64,000 bases of DNA, taken from the NCBI RefSeq assembly GCF_963853765.1, contig NC_088858.1, forward strand, positions 2,976,001 through 3,040,000. Reading direction: 5' to 3'. Below the pieces are notes generated by a model. The model saw nothing but the letters and a program-made list of their open reading frames with translations. It had not been told where the DNA came from and did no database searches. A program made the position numbers and the translations under genes. Of this stretch, positions 25,174 through 52,378 are shown piece after piece. Each line of letters opens with the position of its first letter. Within the stretch, counting starts at the first letter, position 1. Origin of the DNA: Magallana gigas (lineage: Eukaryota).

Positions 25174-28100
25174 CTACGTCCACTCCTTGGGCTTGGTATA
25201 CTTAGACGTCACATGATCTTCCATTTGAAAGTCAACATGGCTTTCCCTAGCAGAAGAACAGAATATAATAGAAATCAGTATCCTTCGTTTGTTAATTCAG
25301 TAATAATAAATAATTGGTGATATTTTTTACAACAGAATTTCACACATACTTCCAGCAGCGATTGCAGTAAAGGTCAAGGTCACATCCATGGCACCTAATG
25401 GTGGCGTCCTCCGTACAGATGGAGCAGTAAGGGAGTTCATCTTCCTCTATCTCCTCCTGTAAAATTCAAAAGTCATGACTCAGCGTTTGCTTATTATGAA
25501 TTTTACCTTGCTCTCTGGGGGTGACCACCTGGAAAATTCTGATATAGCTGCAGGTCTATAGCTCTCGTTCTGAAAAAAATTCAGATTGACGACCTGGGAG
25601 CTACAGTAACAGTTCCATGCATCTAAAAAGTGGTAATTTAAGGCACACAAAAAAATTACACTAGTTTTGGTCTGACTAACCTTATTTCCACACAAATTCT
25701 CATCGTCTCCTGGAGACTCCAGCCACGGGTTTTGTGTCCATTCTATTTCCACAAACATAGAATGGACGCAAAACCAAAAAATCTAATACCATTAAATTTT
25801 ATGGGCAATTTACTACTCGTATAGTCACCTTAATTGCCCCAGACTTTCACGCTAACCTACCTCGAGAAATGAAGTATGATAAATTTATGTACAGATCAAG
25901 AGTCACCATTTTTACATGTAAACAAAACTGCCCCACTTCACTTTACGGGGCTGGTGATAATGTTAAAAAGAATATCAGAGGAAAGTAAAGTGATGATATT
26001 GTAGCAAAATGTCCAAGGAATTATCAGTCCATATGAATTTTTTCAGACTGGGAGCTACAAACCTGTAGCTAATTCTGATAGCTACAGTTTGAAGTTTATG
26101 CAAATAGATCTGAATGACTGACTATTTTGTCATACAGGAATAGGAATAATTATTAATATGCAGATTTAAATAATGGAAAAATGCATTAGTCTCAAGATTT
26201 GTAGAAAATAAATATCATCCTTGGTTCAATTTCTATTTACAGTTAATTAGAATTTTCAGCTTTTATGTAATGCAACAAAACCTTCCAATGTTAGGTGTTT
26301 CTAGAACAATCAAACAGACTACAGGTACATTACAGACAGTGAGGTACCTGTTCTGGTTTGGGGGCCTTTCTAGGCTTGTTACTACTATTGACTGAGATTC
26401 CATCCTTTGCTGCTGCCTCATCCAACTTGTCCTCTTCCATTATCTGTCAAAAGTTTTAATCATTGCTAATTAGGATTGTTATTCGCTGTCAAGATGAAAT
26501 ATGTAAATTTGATCAAGTCAGTAAGCGAAAAGGTGAGCCTACTATGGACTTAGTTAAACATCCAGACATATTTCCATAAGCTGTCAATAAAAGGTGAAAT
26601 AAAGGTTTCACTTTGTCAAGGACCAAAAATTTTGAGATAAAAATATCTATAAGAAAGAAGTATAATTAGAAGTACATTCTGGCCTACATGTTGCCAAATT
26701 TATTTTTCTATGGGCTGATCGACATAAAGGATGGCAATATGAACTTGATGCTTTTTTTGACAGAGCAATATATGGTTCATAGCAAAACAACTCTAAATAA
26801 AATTAATACCGGTATTCATTTTACATACATGTAGATGAATGCTTTAAAAAAATTAGACAACAATCTCCTTAAAAAACCAATTTTGATCCCTACTGTAGTC
26901 ACATAGGTAAGTCTTAAAGAACTATGACATCCAGCTGTGATCTGTTAAAATGATACATCAATGCCAAACTGAGTGTTACGAGTACAAGTACCTGTTTGAT
27001 GATGTCACTGGCCAACTGACCGTTACTGGTACAAGTACCTGTTTAATGATGTCACTGCCCAACTGACCGTTACTGATACAAGTACCTGTTTGATGATGTC
27101 ACAGCCCGACTGAGCGTTACTGGTACAAATACTTGTTTGATGATGTCACTGCCTAACTGACTGTTACTGGTACAAGTACCTGTTTGATGACTGTTACTGG
27201 TACAAGTACCTGTTTGATGATGTCACTGCCCAACTGACTGTTACTGGTACAAGTACCTGTTTGATGATGTCACTGCCCAACTGACTGTTACTGGTACAAG
27301 TACCTGTTTAATGATGTCACTGCCCAACTGACTGTTACTGGTACAAGTACCTGTTTAATGATGTCACTGCCCAACTGACCGTTACTGATACAAGTACCTG
27401 TTTGATGATGTCACTGCCCGACTGACTGTTACTGGTACAAGTACCTGTTTGATGACTGTTACTGGTACAAATATCTGTTTGATGATGTCACTGCCTAACT
27501 AACCGTTACTGGTACAAGTACCTGTTTGATGACTGTTACTGGTACAAATACTTGTTTGATGATGTCACTGCCTAACTAACCGTTACTGGTACAAGTACCT
27601 GTTTGATGACTGTTACTGGTACAAGTACCTGTTTGATGATGTCACTGCCCGACTGACTGTTACTGGAACAAGTACCTGTTTGATGATGTCAATGGCCAAC
27701 TGACCGTTACTGGTACAAGTACCTGTTTGATGATATCACTGCCCAACTGACTGTTACTGGTACAAGTACCTGTTTAATGATGTCACTGATCGACTGACTG
27801 TTACTGTTAAATGATGTCACTGCCCAACTGACCGTTACTGATACAAGAACCTGTTTGATGATGTCACTGATCGACGGATTGTTACTGGTACAAATACCTG
27901 TTTGATGATGTCACTGCCTAACTAACCGTTACTGGTACAAGTACCTGTTTGATGACTGTTACTGGTACAAGTACCTGTTTGATGATGTCACTGCCCGACT
28001 GACTGTTACTGGAACAAGTACCTGTTTGATGATGTCAATGGCCAACTGACCGTTACTGGTACAAGTACCTGTTTGATGATATCACTGCCCAACTGACTGT

Positions 28101-31100
28101 TACTGGTACAAGTACCTGTTTAATGATGTCACTGATCGACTGACTGTTACTGTTAAATGATGTCACTGCCCAACTGACCGTTACTGATACAAGAACCTGT
28201 TTGATGATGTCACTGATCGACGGATTGTTACTGGTACAAATACCTGTTTGATGATGTCACTGCCTAACTAACCGTTACTGGTACAAGTACCTGTTTGATG
28301 ACTGTTACTGGTACAAGTACCTGTTTGATGATGTCACTGCCCGACTGACTGTTACTGGAACAAGTACCTGTTTGATGATGTCACTGGCTTGTTGTTCCTC
28401 ATTGTCAGTGTCTGAATTCTCAGCCTGATTTTCTGGATCATCAGTGCCTGACCCCTCACCTGAAAAAAATACCAATCAAGGACCTGAATTCCAAGCATCA
28501 TACATCGTGTACCTGTTTAAAACTACATTTTTTTAACCCGACAAATCAAATCGAAACATTTTTATCAAAAAGCAGTTAAAAATACAAACTATTAGTAGTT
28601 ATCAGTTGACTGTTGAACTACTGCACTTTCTTTAAATAATGGGAGATGAGAGTTGTCTTCCCTGTATTACTTTCTGTTGTAAAATGCGATGAAGTCTTTT
28701 CCTTTTCTTTTTGAAGCCTTACCTTGTTTATTGACGTCCTCGTTCTGATGACCTTTGATTTCCTGCAGTCGTTTCATGATGTTCTTGTCTTTCTCCAGAT
28801 TCTTCAGAGCCCGCCGGGCCTCCAGCTCGCACTCCTCGCTCGTCTCCTCCATTATTTTGTTTATCTCCTCAGCACTTATCTCCCCTCCATCCTCATTGGA
28901 CTTTTTACCATTGTCATCTGTGATGTTTTTTACATAAGGTTTCGTATCTTTGGTTTCTCCTCGATTCAAATCATTTTCGTTGGTGGAAGCACTCTGATCT
29001 TTAAGAAATGACACAGCATGTATTTAAGTTATGAAAATACATAATACATCAATAGACATATCTGGTCCTCTTCCACCTTTCAGTTTCTATTTCACTTTTT
29101 ATGTTCTTCTACATGTCATGTGAATACAAAGATAAACTGATGTGTCTTTGTTCTTTGATATTGTTCAGTTAAGACATCCATCCCCTGAGCCCAACAAATT
29201 TTGAGATAAGTCAGTTGAATTAAGATTTCTTTTTTGTATTTTTTATAAAACACTGCACTCAGTTAAGTCAACATTCAAACCCATTTGTTAGAAGATCAGT
29301 CTTCTTTGGCAGAGGGCCAACTTGCTGACATTTTCAAAAATAATTTCATTCAATATTCTTAAACCACTTAGGGAATAATCATTTTTTTGACAAGTGAATG
29401 AATATCATTGTTATCTGAATAAAATATATTAGAATCTACATGATCTGTGAGAATTTCTCCACAAAACTGTGATGAAACGAATCAGAAATGAACACTGTAT
29501 TTATCAAGTTTAGACAACTCCAGCGAGTCAAGCCATAGTCAGTAAATGACACTGTCCCATGACCTTGGATCATTGGAATGGTGTCTCTTAGTGTGCATCT
29601 TTGCTATATATAAGATTATCCAAATTTCCACACCTGGGACCCTTCAATACCCTATTGTTAACACCTTCAGAATTTACCTTCTTGATTTTTGAAATTGTTT
29701 AATTAATGAGACTGTTCAAGCTTCAGTTTACAGTTTTTATGAGTCTGCTGGTTCATGCTAACCAGTATTTCTTTCTCCCTTTAGACCAGCTAATCTGCCC
29801 TCCAACTCAGTGATGTTATTCGGGAGCCTGTTTTCTAGGTCCATTTCATTAGAGATTTCATCCAGGAGATCATCTATCTGAAGTTGCTGGGTTTTGTGTT
29901 CGACCGGCTTATGGGCTGTCTATAAAGACATAATTATAGTCAAGTACTCATATCTCAAACACTGATATCTCCAATACAATGAATATGTGGAAGTGATTTT
30001 TAAGTCCCAACTACTTATTTTTTAAGTGTTATACTCTCGATATCATAATCGTATATCTCAAATACTTGGATATCTTGAAGTTTTTAGCAGTCCCATCTAG
30101 TTCTAGATAACGAATTATAACTGTATGTTATTTCATTCCATGTAACGATATACTTAGTTGGCACATTTATAATTTTATTTACCTCTAAGTTAATCTATAA
30201 AACCATTTAAGGAAAATGAAGCACATATGAAAATTTTTAAATCATTTATTATGACAAAATAAGAATCTGGAACTCCTTGATTTGAGAACTGTCACATTGT
30301 GTAGTAAAACTAAATGTAAGATTCAAGAACATACCATTTTCGTCTGGGAGGCCTGTATATCTGGATTCTCTCCCTTGAGTCGAGCTAGCCTCTCTTTGAT
30401 TTCTTTCTCCGAAACATTTTCTTTAGCAACTGTCATAAAACATGGTAAAAAGGCGATATAAAAACTGACAAAAACAGATCAATAAGCATTGACTTAGATT
30501 ACATGATTTACATTAAAAACATTAAATCTGGAGTTGCCTCTTAAAGACACATTGTTACACTAGATTACTTCATTTTACTGAGGATTTACAAAAATGTAGG
30601 GTGAATAAGTATATTGCGGTACATGTAGATGATTAATGAAACAATGCACATTTTGGTAAAGGTGTACAAACACCAGGTATACATATATGAGGTATATAGA
30701 CAATTTCTGAAAAGGTGTGTTGTTTACAGCCTACAGATACATGTATGTAGGACTTTAGGAGGAAAGTGTATTGATTATATATACAGTGACTACAAATATT
30801 CCAAGGCCATTAAAATACTGAACACAGCTGTAGAATTTTCCCAATATTTAATGACATATATTAACAAAGTGCTTTCACAGATTCATCTCCTTGTGCTGTG
30901 AAATGTGCAGCTGTTAACAAAATGTTTTTATTAAGCATCTAAAAGAAGTAAACCTCATTGGGTATTAACAATTAAGCTGCAAGCTGTTAACTTGACTACT
31001 AATTCCCATGCTTACCCTGTTCTGGGGGTTTCTGCTTTAGTTTATGTAGCCTCTCCTCTATCTCTCGCTCCGGTGTGGAATGGGAGGGGTGTTTGGAAGA

Positions 31101-34100
31101 CCCTTTGGAACCAAGGTGAGTTTTCTTGGAATGACTATCTTTGCCGTGCTTTTCTTTTTCCTGCAGTGCTGCTAATCTCCTGAATTATTAAGCAAACCAA
31201 AATTGGAGCATAAGAAAGTACTTATAATTAAAAGCAGTTGTTTGGGGGTAAGTTTTCCTGATAAAAAAAAAAATCAAGTCTGGTAATTTTACAGACTTGT
31301 AGCTAATTAAACTCATTATCTGGAAGAAAAATCAACAGATAATTTTTTTGTGTGTCAGGTTTAGGTAGTGGTGAGAATTATTATCTGAATAATGATATAA
31401 TATTGCATAATGCAACAAAGGTGAAGATACCAACTAAAACTTAATATAAGTAAAGATTTGGCAAATTAATAATTTTTAAACTTATCTGAACCTAAATGAC
31501 AGGATTTACACTTTCAACAGTTATATTCTATTCAAACATTGGTTATTCATGACTAATTCCTTGGTTCTCAGGCCTGCACGCATCTGCACATTTCCCATCT
31601 TTATCATTAAATGAATAAAATAAATTTTCGATAGTGCGCTTGCTTATTCTGGAAAAAAAATTCTGGATTAAGGACTGCATTTTAGATACCCAAGTCAGTA
31701 AAATGCTTGCCTTGATAAAGAACATACATGTAATTGCAAACATGGCGATGATTCAGATTTAATTACATATAACAATTGCAAATGTCAGCTGAATCTAGTT
31801 ACGAGACGCTGTGTTTAAGTTATGATCGCGACAGCAATGATTTTAGTTTAAATATATGAAGAAGAATGTCGTATAACCTCAAATGTATATAGGAGAACAG
31901 TTCCTGCTGCTTGTACTTACTAAATATCCCATAATGCTTCAACACATGGCTTTCTCAAGCCTCATAGTTGTGGTGTTTCTTGATGAACATAATGACTTAT
32001 TTATTTTATTAAGTTTGAGGTAATAAATCTGATACAGTCATTGTAACAATTTTTTTGCTTTAAAAGATTGCTTTTTCTGGATTTGAATAAAAATTGCACA
32101 TTTTTTAAATAAAAAAAAAAATACCACATCTTTTTTTATGAAATGAAAAGACAAAATTATCATAGCCCGATCTCATCTGCTTTTGGAAATGTTGGCCTGA
32201 GAACCAAGAGATTAATTTTTTATGGCTTAAACTGTACATATTTTGGGAGCGCAAGAGTTACTTCCCTTTAAATTCATTAGCTGCCTCCAATCAATGAGTT
32301 TTAATTTTGTGAATGTACACATTTCTAGGAATCTATTTCTGAGCATAACAGATAGCAAAATACATGCACTAACTTTTTATAAGCTTCTGGGGGAGAAACG
32401 TCTCTCTTCTTTTCCTCTGGATTTATCTTCCTGTAAATAGCAGTAGACAAAATTCCCATCATGGATGCTAGATGACATTTCTTACAGAACATAAGTAAGT
32501 GGAAGCTATTTATTAATTTCTGTACCACTTACCCTGTTAAGATGTTATAACATTTGTTGCAGACTTTATGTTTCTCATTGTTAAGCTTCGGAATCTCACA
32601 TTTCTTTGTCAAACATTTTCCACAGAAAGCAAATCCACAATTCTTGCAGCCATGCTATAAAACAAAAGAAAACAAAAGAAAAGATGTTATATGCCATACC
32701 CTTCTTACATAAACTTCCAATCCAGCCATACTCGTACATAATCAGTGGACTTGTATCCCAAATCCATTCAACACTTGGTTAAGCTACCCCAGTACATGAA
32801 TTCTATAGATAGTACTGCATGTATCCATTCATAGAATAAATACAAATGCTTTGAGTTTGTACGCATTGTAACATCTGTAATGCAAGTCCTTTTATTTTTA
32901 AAGGTATGACTAACTAATAACAGACTCTGAGTCAAGTTTGTCAGTCTACTCTGTAGGTACTGTACAGAGGTTTTTTTTGCCCCGTTCAAAACTCTTCTTA
33001 CACTAGTTTTTTTAACACTATAAAGGCTAAGCATCAAATTGCACATCGTCAGAACCCAGGTGTTTACTATCCGTTACACTGCTAAATAGTGACGAATAGT
33101 AAAACCCTGGGTTTCGGCGTTGCAAATTACACACCATGTTGAAAAGGGGGAATTCTCAAATACCAGGTAGGGTTGCTTCATTACTTTGTGAGATCAGCCG
33201 TTGAGAAGCTGGAATTCCGTTTTAAACACACAAAGTTACATGCTGGTAGAAAATTATCTCAATGTCTTAAAAGCGAAACAACAATATTGAGGTTTGAATC
33301 TTAGTGCTTCACCTCGATTTGATTTCTTTACTTAATAATCATGGGGATTTTTCTGTTTCAAGCAGTTTAATGACCACAGACAGTGATTTTTCTGTTTTTG
33401 AAAAGGGGACTGTGGCTTTCAAATTGGGAAAAATCATTATTAATAAAAGGTTGGTCAAATGGGAAAGGCTAGTATTGTTACGGACTTTATCTTTTATAAA
33501 CAATAAAAGATTTTATTATCAATGTAAATGTGATTATCGCCCTTTAATTCTGTATTTTGTGAAATTGTATAGATGTCGCTTAAAATTTGTCACGTGATCA
33601 CTGTCTATATAAATGTTGATTATCGTGATATTTGATTATTCTTTGCTTTGCTTGGTTCTGGATAAGAGCTCAAGTTTCCTGAATAAGGAACAAATGAAGT
33701 CCTGAATAAGGCATGGTCAATTAGCCTGAATAAGGCTGCGACTATTCAGTTTACAACTGCTTAGCCTGAATAAGGCATCAGCTATTATTATTTTTTACAT
33801 TTGATTCAATCCAGTGCTGACCGATGTTTGCTGTTTTCAAATTGATAGACTTCCAATAAATCCATAAACACAGAAACTTGTTTTACTTCAAGCAAAACAA
33901 ACCCCGTAACAGTATTATTTACTTTATATGTATAGTTAAACTATACAGTAAATTGAATTGATATTTTTAACTCCATCTTTTGTATATTGTATCTGAGTGT
34001 TTGTTTCATTATTAATAAAAGGTTGGTCAAATGGGAAAAGCTAGTATTATTTACTTTATATGTATAGTTAAACTATACAGTAAATTGAATTGATTTGTTT

Positions 34101-34935
34101 TAACTCCATCTTTTGTATATTGTATCACTGTTTTTCCCTTTTGTTTCACTCATTTAAAAAATAAACAATTTTCTGTTTCTTGGGGGAAGAGGTTGACAAA
34201 CAAATATAATGGGAAAAATGACAGGTAAATTTGGAGAAAATCTGAAATTTGAAAGCAGAACAGGCCGAAATTCAGATCTAGCAGTAGAAAAATTATTGAC
34301 AGACCAGTTTGAATAACAGGCTAACAGCCCCAGATAGCTTAGTTGGTAGTGCACCTGACTATTGATTCACAGGTCCAAAAGAGAATCCCAGTCTTGTCTA
34401 TTCTTATTTCTCCAATACTATTACATGTAATTTTAGAGAAAGATTACTGATTTTAGACTTCAAGCTTCTTGGGAGGGTACACATATAGGTGGGTGAATGA
34501 GCAAACCAACCAGCTGGTAATGGAGAACTCTCAGTTTACAATACTATATAGTATAGGGTGTCCCTTGATGCTATGCCCTATAAAGTTCTATATATACAGA
34601 GTAACGGCGTAAGACTGCGTGGCTGAGGAGTCTCAGTATAGTCTAAAGACCATGCATCATTGATGCTGGGATACAGATGGATTTAATCAATATTAGAGTA
34701 ATTAACTGATTAATAAGAACTAACAGTATTTCACCTCCTTCACTTTACTATTACTGGCATTAACGCATTTACATTTCATTATTGTATTTAAATAGTATTA
34801 GGCATACTGGAAAATATTTGATATCAACATGGTCAATGTTCTATCCAGTGATATATTTTACCAAAAAAAACTAAAACTAATAGTCACCTCTTTAGAGAAG
34901 AAACCAAATCCCGCTCCACAGGAATAGCAAGACAT
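25174..34935 (-). CDS. ZFYVE19: Abscission/NoCut checkpoint regulator (ANCHR), FYVE-type zinc finger plus C-terminal zinc-binding domain, about 430 aa
   Basis: Exons 34935-34888 (MSCYSCGAGFGFFSKE), 32654-32533 (HGCKNCGFAFCGKC...VCNKCY), 32430-32374 (SPPEAYKK), 31179-31016, 30429-30335, 29919-29763, 28998-28723, 28459-28368, 26443-26348, 25458-25350 (ELPYCSICTEDATIRCHGCDLDLYCNRCW), 25246-25174. One phase conflict between 26348 and 25458 is unresolved. Confidence 0.88.
26941..28386 (-). repeat. 47-bp minisatellite (about 33 copies, 30-bp variants, 346-bp higher-order unit) built from a ZFYVE19 exon end plus 5' splice site
   Basis: Minus-strand unit CAGTGACATCATCAAACAG|GTACTTGTACCAGTAACAGTCAGTTGGG. 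The terminal copy is the real donor at 28368/28367. Confidence 0.95.
31560..32208. mobile_element. Possible MITE in a ZFYVE19 intron
   Basis: Perfect 15-bp inverted repeat CTTGGTTCTCAGGCC (31560-31574) and GGCCTGAGAACCAAG (32194-32208). No clear TSD. Confidence 0.45.
34327..34400 (+). mobile_element. tRNA-derived SINE head (degenerate)
   Basis: GCCCCAGATAGCTTAGTTGGTAGTGCACCTGACT: A box intact, B box decayed. Confidence 0.45.
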
Positions 34936-35342
34936 ATTTCTTTTGCAAATTCAATCTATCAGTGACTAGAAAGCGGAAATTGTTTGAAAAATATCATTTC
35001 TTCGTGTTTGACATAAGAAAATTGTGTATTCTCTCATGATACAGTTTTGAATCTCCGTTAACGAAAGAGTTACACAAAGGGAAACGACTCCCTTCATTGA
35101 TAACAGACGGGATTGACAGACAGTCGTGTTTGGTGCATGGATCGGAGTGAAAACAAACGTGTCTGCGTGTACTGGAGTTTATAAACACCACATATAGCCA
35201 GCACGTGTATTGATCGGATATAGATATAGCGAGGATAGTGACAGACCAATTCTAAACAGAATCTGTTGACAATTTTTACACACTTATGAACTGATGATGT
35301 GACCAAAAGAAGAAGAGAAAAGCTATAGTGTCCGATCTCGCC
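34936..35342. promoter_or_regulatory. Probable bidirectional promoter shared by ZFYVE19 and GALNT2
   Basis: The divergent start codons are only 407 bp apart, and the interval is CpG-enriched relative to its flanks. Confidence 0.6.
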
Positions 35343-49593
<14,251 letters not shown>

Positions 49594-51059
49594 CTCCAGC
49601 CGACCAATCGCCAACAATCTAGTCATCTGTTATCACTAGTTGACAATCAGACATTGGACACGGCCCTGTCGGCTGATTGGACACGGCCCTGATGGCTGAT
49701 TCTTTCTGTTATGGCTCTGTTGATTGGACATGATCTATGTGTGTGTGTTGTTGGGGTGATTTGAGATGTTTATAGTTTAATTTATGATGAGAGATTGGTG
49801 TGCTAATTTTTTTTTTCACACTTTGTATCAAGCTGAATTATTTACGTAATTATTTTTTAATGATTTGTATATGGCTCAAAGTCCTAATGATTGTTAGTTT
49901 TTCTTTTTTTAAATCATTCCATTGTGTGTAATGAGGGTTGTCAGTTTTTGTGTATGTGAGTACAAGCATTGTTTTTCATAAGAAGTTTACATTTAGTGCT
50001 TTACCATTATGTTAATGGCCGTGTGATCTCTTTTTTAGATCTAGGCTGAATTCTGATGTTTTCATTCAGTCTTTGAATTCCATATTTTCTGCAAACTTTG
50101 ACCCTGCTGCTCCAAGTTCTTGTTTGGTAGACTTACGGTTCTTGGATTATCAAGCTTTATTCTGGTACTGAGCTGAGGCTTGGGGTCTTCCAATGTCTAT
50201 CAAATGTGTATCTTAACAGATATCTGCTTTATTTGTCTTAAGTTCACCGATTGTAAACCGATTACGACATGTATATCACACATTCAAGGGTAATTCAGGG
50301 TAACACTTACAGTTAATGTCAGGTTAACACATTCACATTCTTTTTTTGTAAAATCATAGAAATAACTGTATTGTTGAAAACCTTTGTCAATCCCATATCA
50401 TGTTTAGTAATGTTTGCATTGAATTATGGTAAGATTAATAGCTAACACAATGTGGTATCTGATGTGTATGTCTTATCCTTTGCCATGCATTGATGAGCTT
50501 AGAATGCACCTCAGGCAAAAAAAAAGGTCTAAACATTTCTTAGTGTTTAAATTCAAAATTCACTGCAAGAAAAAAATTCTAGTTAGTACATGTATAGGGT
50601 AGACCTGTCTCTACTTGCCATACATTATGCCAAATTTCATTTGCATGGAATATTTGTTAAATCTACACTGCTGTTTTTACAGGTTTGTTTAATATTGTGA
50701 AAAAAATGTGTATTGGTAATTATTGTTTAGTTTTAGTTTATGAACATCATTATAAATTGAATACATACATGTACACAATTATGTCCCCATAGGTTACCAT
50801 TTTGTGCCAAATCATCAAAAATTCTGATTTTATTTTTGTACTTAAAATATTATCACCCTGCCTATTTGCTGTGAGCCTGCCACAGAGTGTGCTTTTGTTC
50901 CATGACAATATCTGTAGGATAGCACTAGTGCTGGCCCACTATTCATCGTTGTTAGTCAGGACTTTACCTGGTGTACGGACCGGTAAATCTACCACCTCAT
51001 GAACTGTCCAACAACCCACCAAGGTCAAAGCTTGGCCTGCAATGATGCTTTTATTTCTG

Positions 51060-51255
51060 CTACATTTGACTATGGTATGTGCTATCACATGCTATATTTT
51101 GCTGTGGCTTATGCTACCACACAACATGTTTGACTGTGGCTTGCATATGGTGGCTTGTGCTACCACTCACCAAATTTGGCTGTGGCTTGTGCTACCACTA
51201 ACCACATTTGGCTGTGGCTTGTGCTACACTCACCATATTTGGTTGTGGCGGCCTG
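51060..51255 (-). repeat. Degenerate 31-32-bp minisatellite containing donor-like GTGAGT/GTTAGT motifs
   Basis: Minus-strand unit AGCCAAAT(A/G/T)TG|GT(G/T)AGTGGTAGCACAAGCCAC, with GT at 51233, 51202 and 51170. Confidence 0.75.
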
Positions 51256-52109
51256 CCACAGTCCACATCTCCACCACTACCCGCCAGTCTTCCACATTGA
51301 GGTTCAGCCCTCAGTAACGCCATAGGACATCCTCTCTTTATTGTTGACTTTTTTAAACTCCCAAGCTTTCAAACTTTTCCCCAGATACATATTGCAAGAA
51401 TTAAATTAGTGGTTTGTAATTAAACTGCAAGTGTTATGACGTTTGATGTAGACCTTGAATACAAAAAGGGGGTTCCTGGCCTCTACATAAATTATATTAA
51501 ATATCCACTGTGATGGTGGCCGTTACGAAGCATTACCTGCACATGGCAGTTCCTCCACACTGATCTTCCTCTCACAATCTGCTTCAATCAATTCCTGATC
51601 TTCCAGAGGCTTTATTCAATCTGTTGATGGATTTTACTTATTTTGTTGAAATTAAAGTGTGATTTCATATCATTGATATTCTTTAGGTCATCGTTGAATT
51701 TTGTGTGATGGTTTTAGTATCTGATAAACTACACATGGATAAAAAATGTGATTCATTTGATTGTATAGTTTTATGACATATGTATTATATATATATTATA
51801 TATATATAGAGGATATATTTGTTTTTCAAATGATTTTTTTCTTATCGGCATTATTTGTGATTTGTACACAATAGTTTTATTGTTCAGCATATTACCATAC
51901 AGTGATTGTAATTTAAACGATTGTTTCGTTATATGAATACACATGTATTGTTGTTATAATAGATATACACCCAGTGAGTGGGCAAATCGAAGTCACAAGA
52001 TCTGTTTTATAAGAATGTATATTTTGTTGCATTTACTCCATCGTAGACAAAATTTACAAATGAAGCTTTACCTGATTTATAGATTTCTGTAATAACGATG
52101 ATCTCGACT

Positions 52110-52378
52110 GAAATCAAAGACGACGTTTGGTGTAGAGCAGGTTACGGTCCTGTAGTTAGGGATGAGATTGAAATCAAAGACGACGTTTGGTGTAGCGCGG
52201 GTTACGGTCCTGTAGTTAGGGATGAGATTGAAATCAAAGACGACGGTCCTGTAGTTAGGGATGAGATTGAAATCAAAGACGACGTTTGGTGTAGCGCGGG
52301 TTACGTTCCTGTAGTTAGGGATGAGATTGAAATCAAAGACGACGTTTGGTGTAGCGCGGGTTAAGGTTCCTGTAGTTA
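52110..52378. repeat. 60-bp minisatellite (about 4.5 copies, one 39-bp variant)
   Basis: Unit GAAATCAAAGACGACGTTTGGTGTAGCGCGGGTTACGGTCCTGTAGTTAGGGATGAGATT. Confidence 0.92.

Noticed and set aside
25507-25569. 63-nt ZFYVE19 exon with good splice sites
   Set aside because: It does not fix the phase conflict, it would leave a 48-nt intron, and similar sequence recurs at about 26040, suggesting a repeat fragment.
26941-28386. CRISPR-like appearance of this and the other regular arrays
   Set aside because: The units are head-to-tail with no unique spacers, there are no cas genes, and the context is eukaryotic introns.
52098-52364. 88-aa repeat ORF (EIEIKDDVWCSAGYGPVVRD)
   Set aside because: It is open because the unit is 60 bp. 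There is no supporting exon structure on the plus strand.
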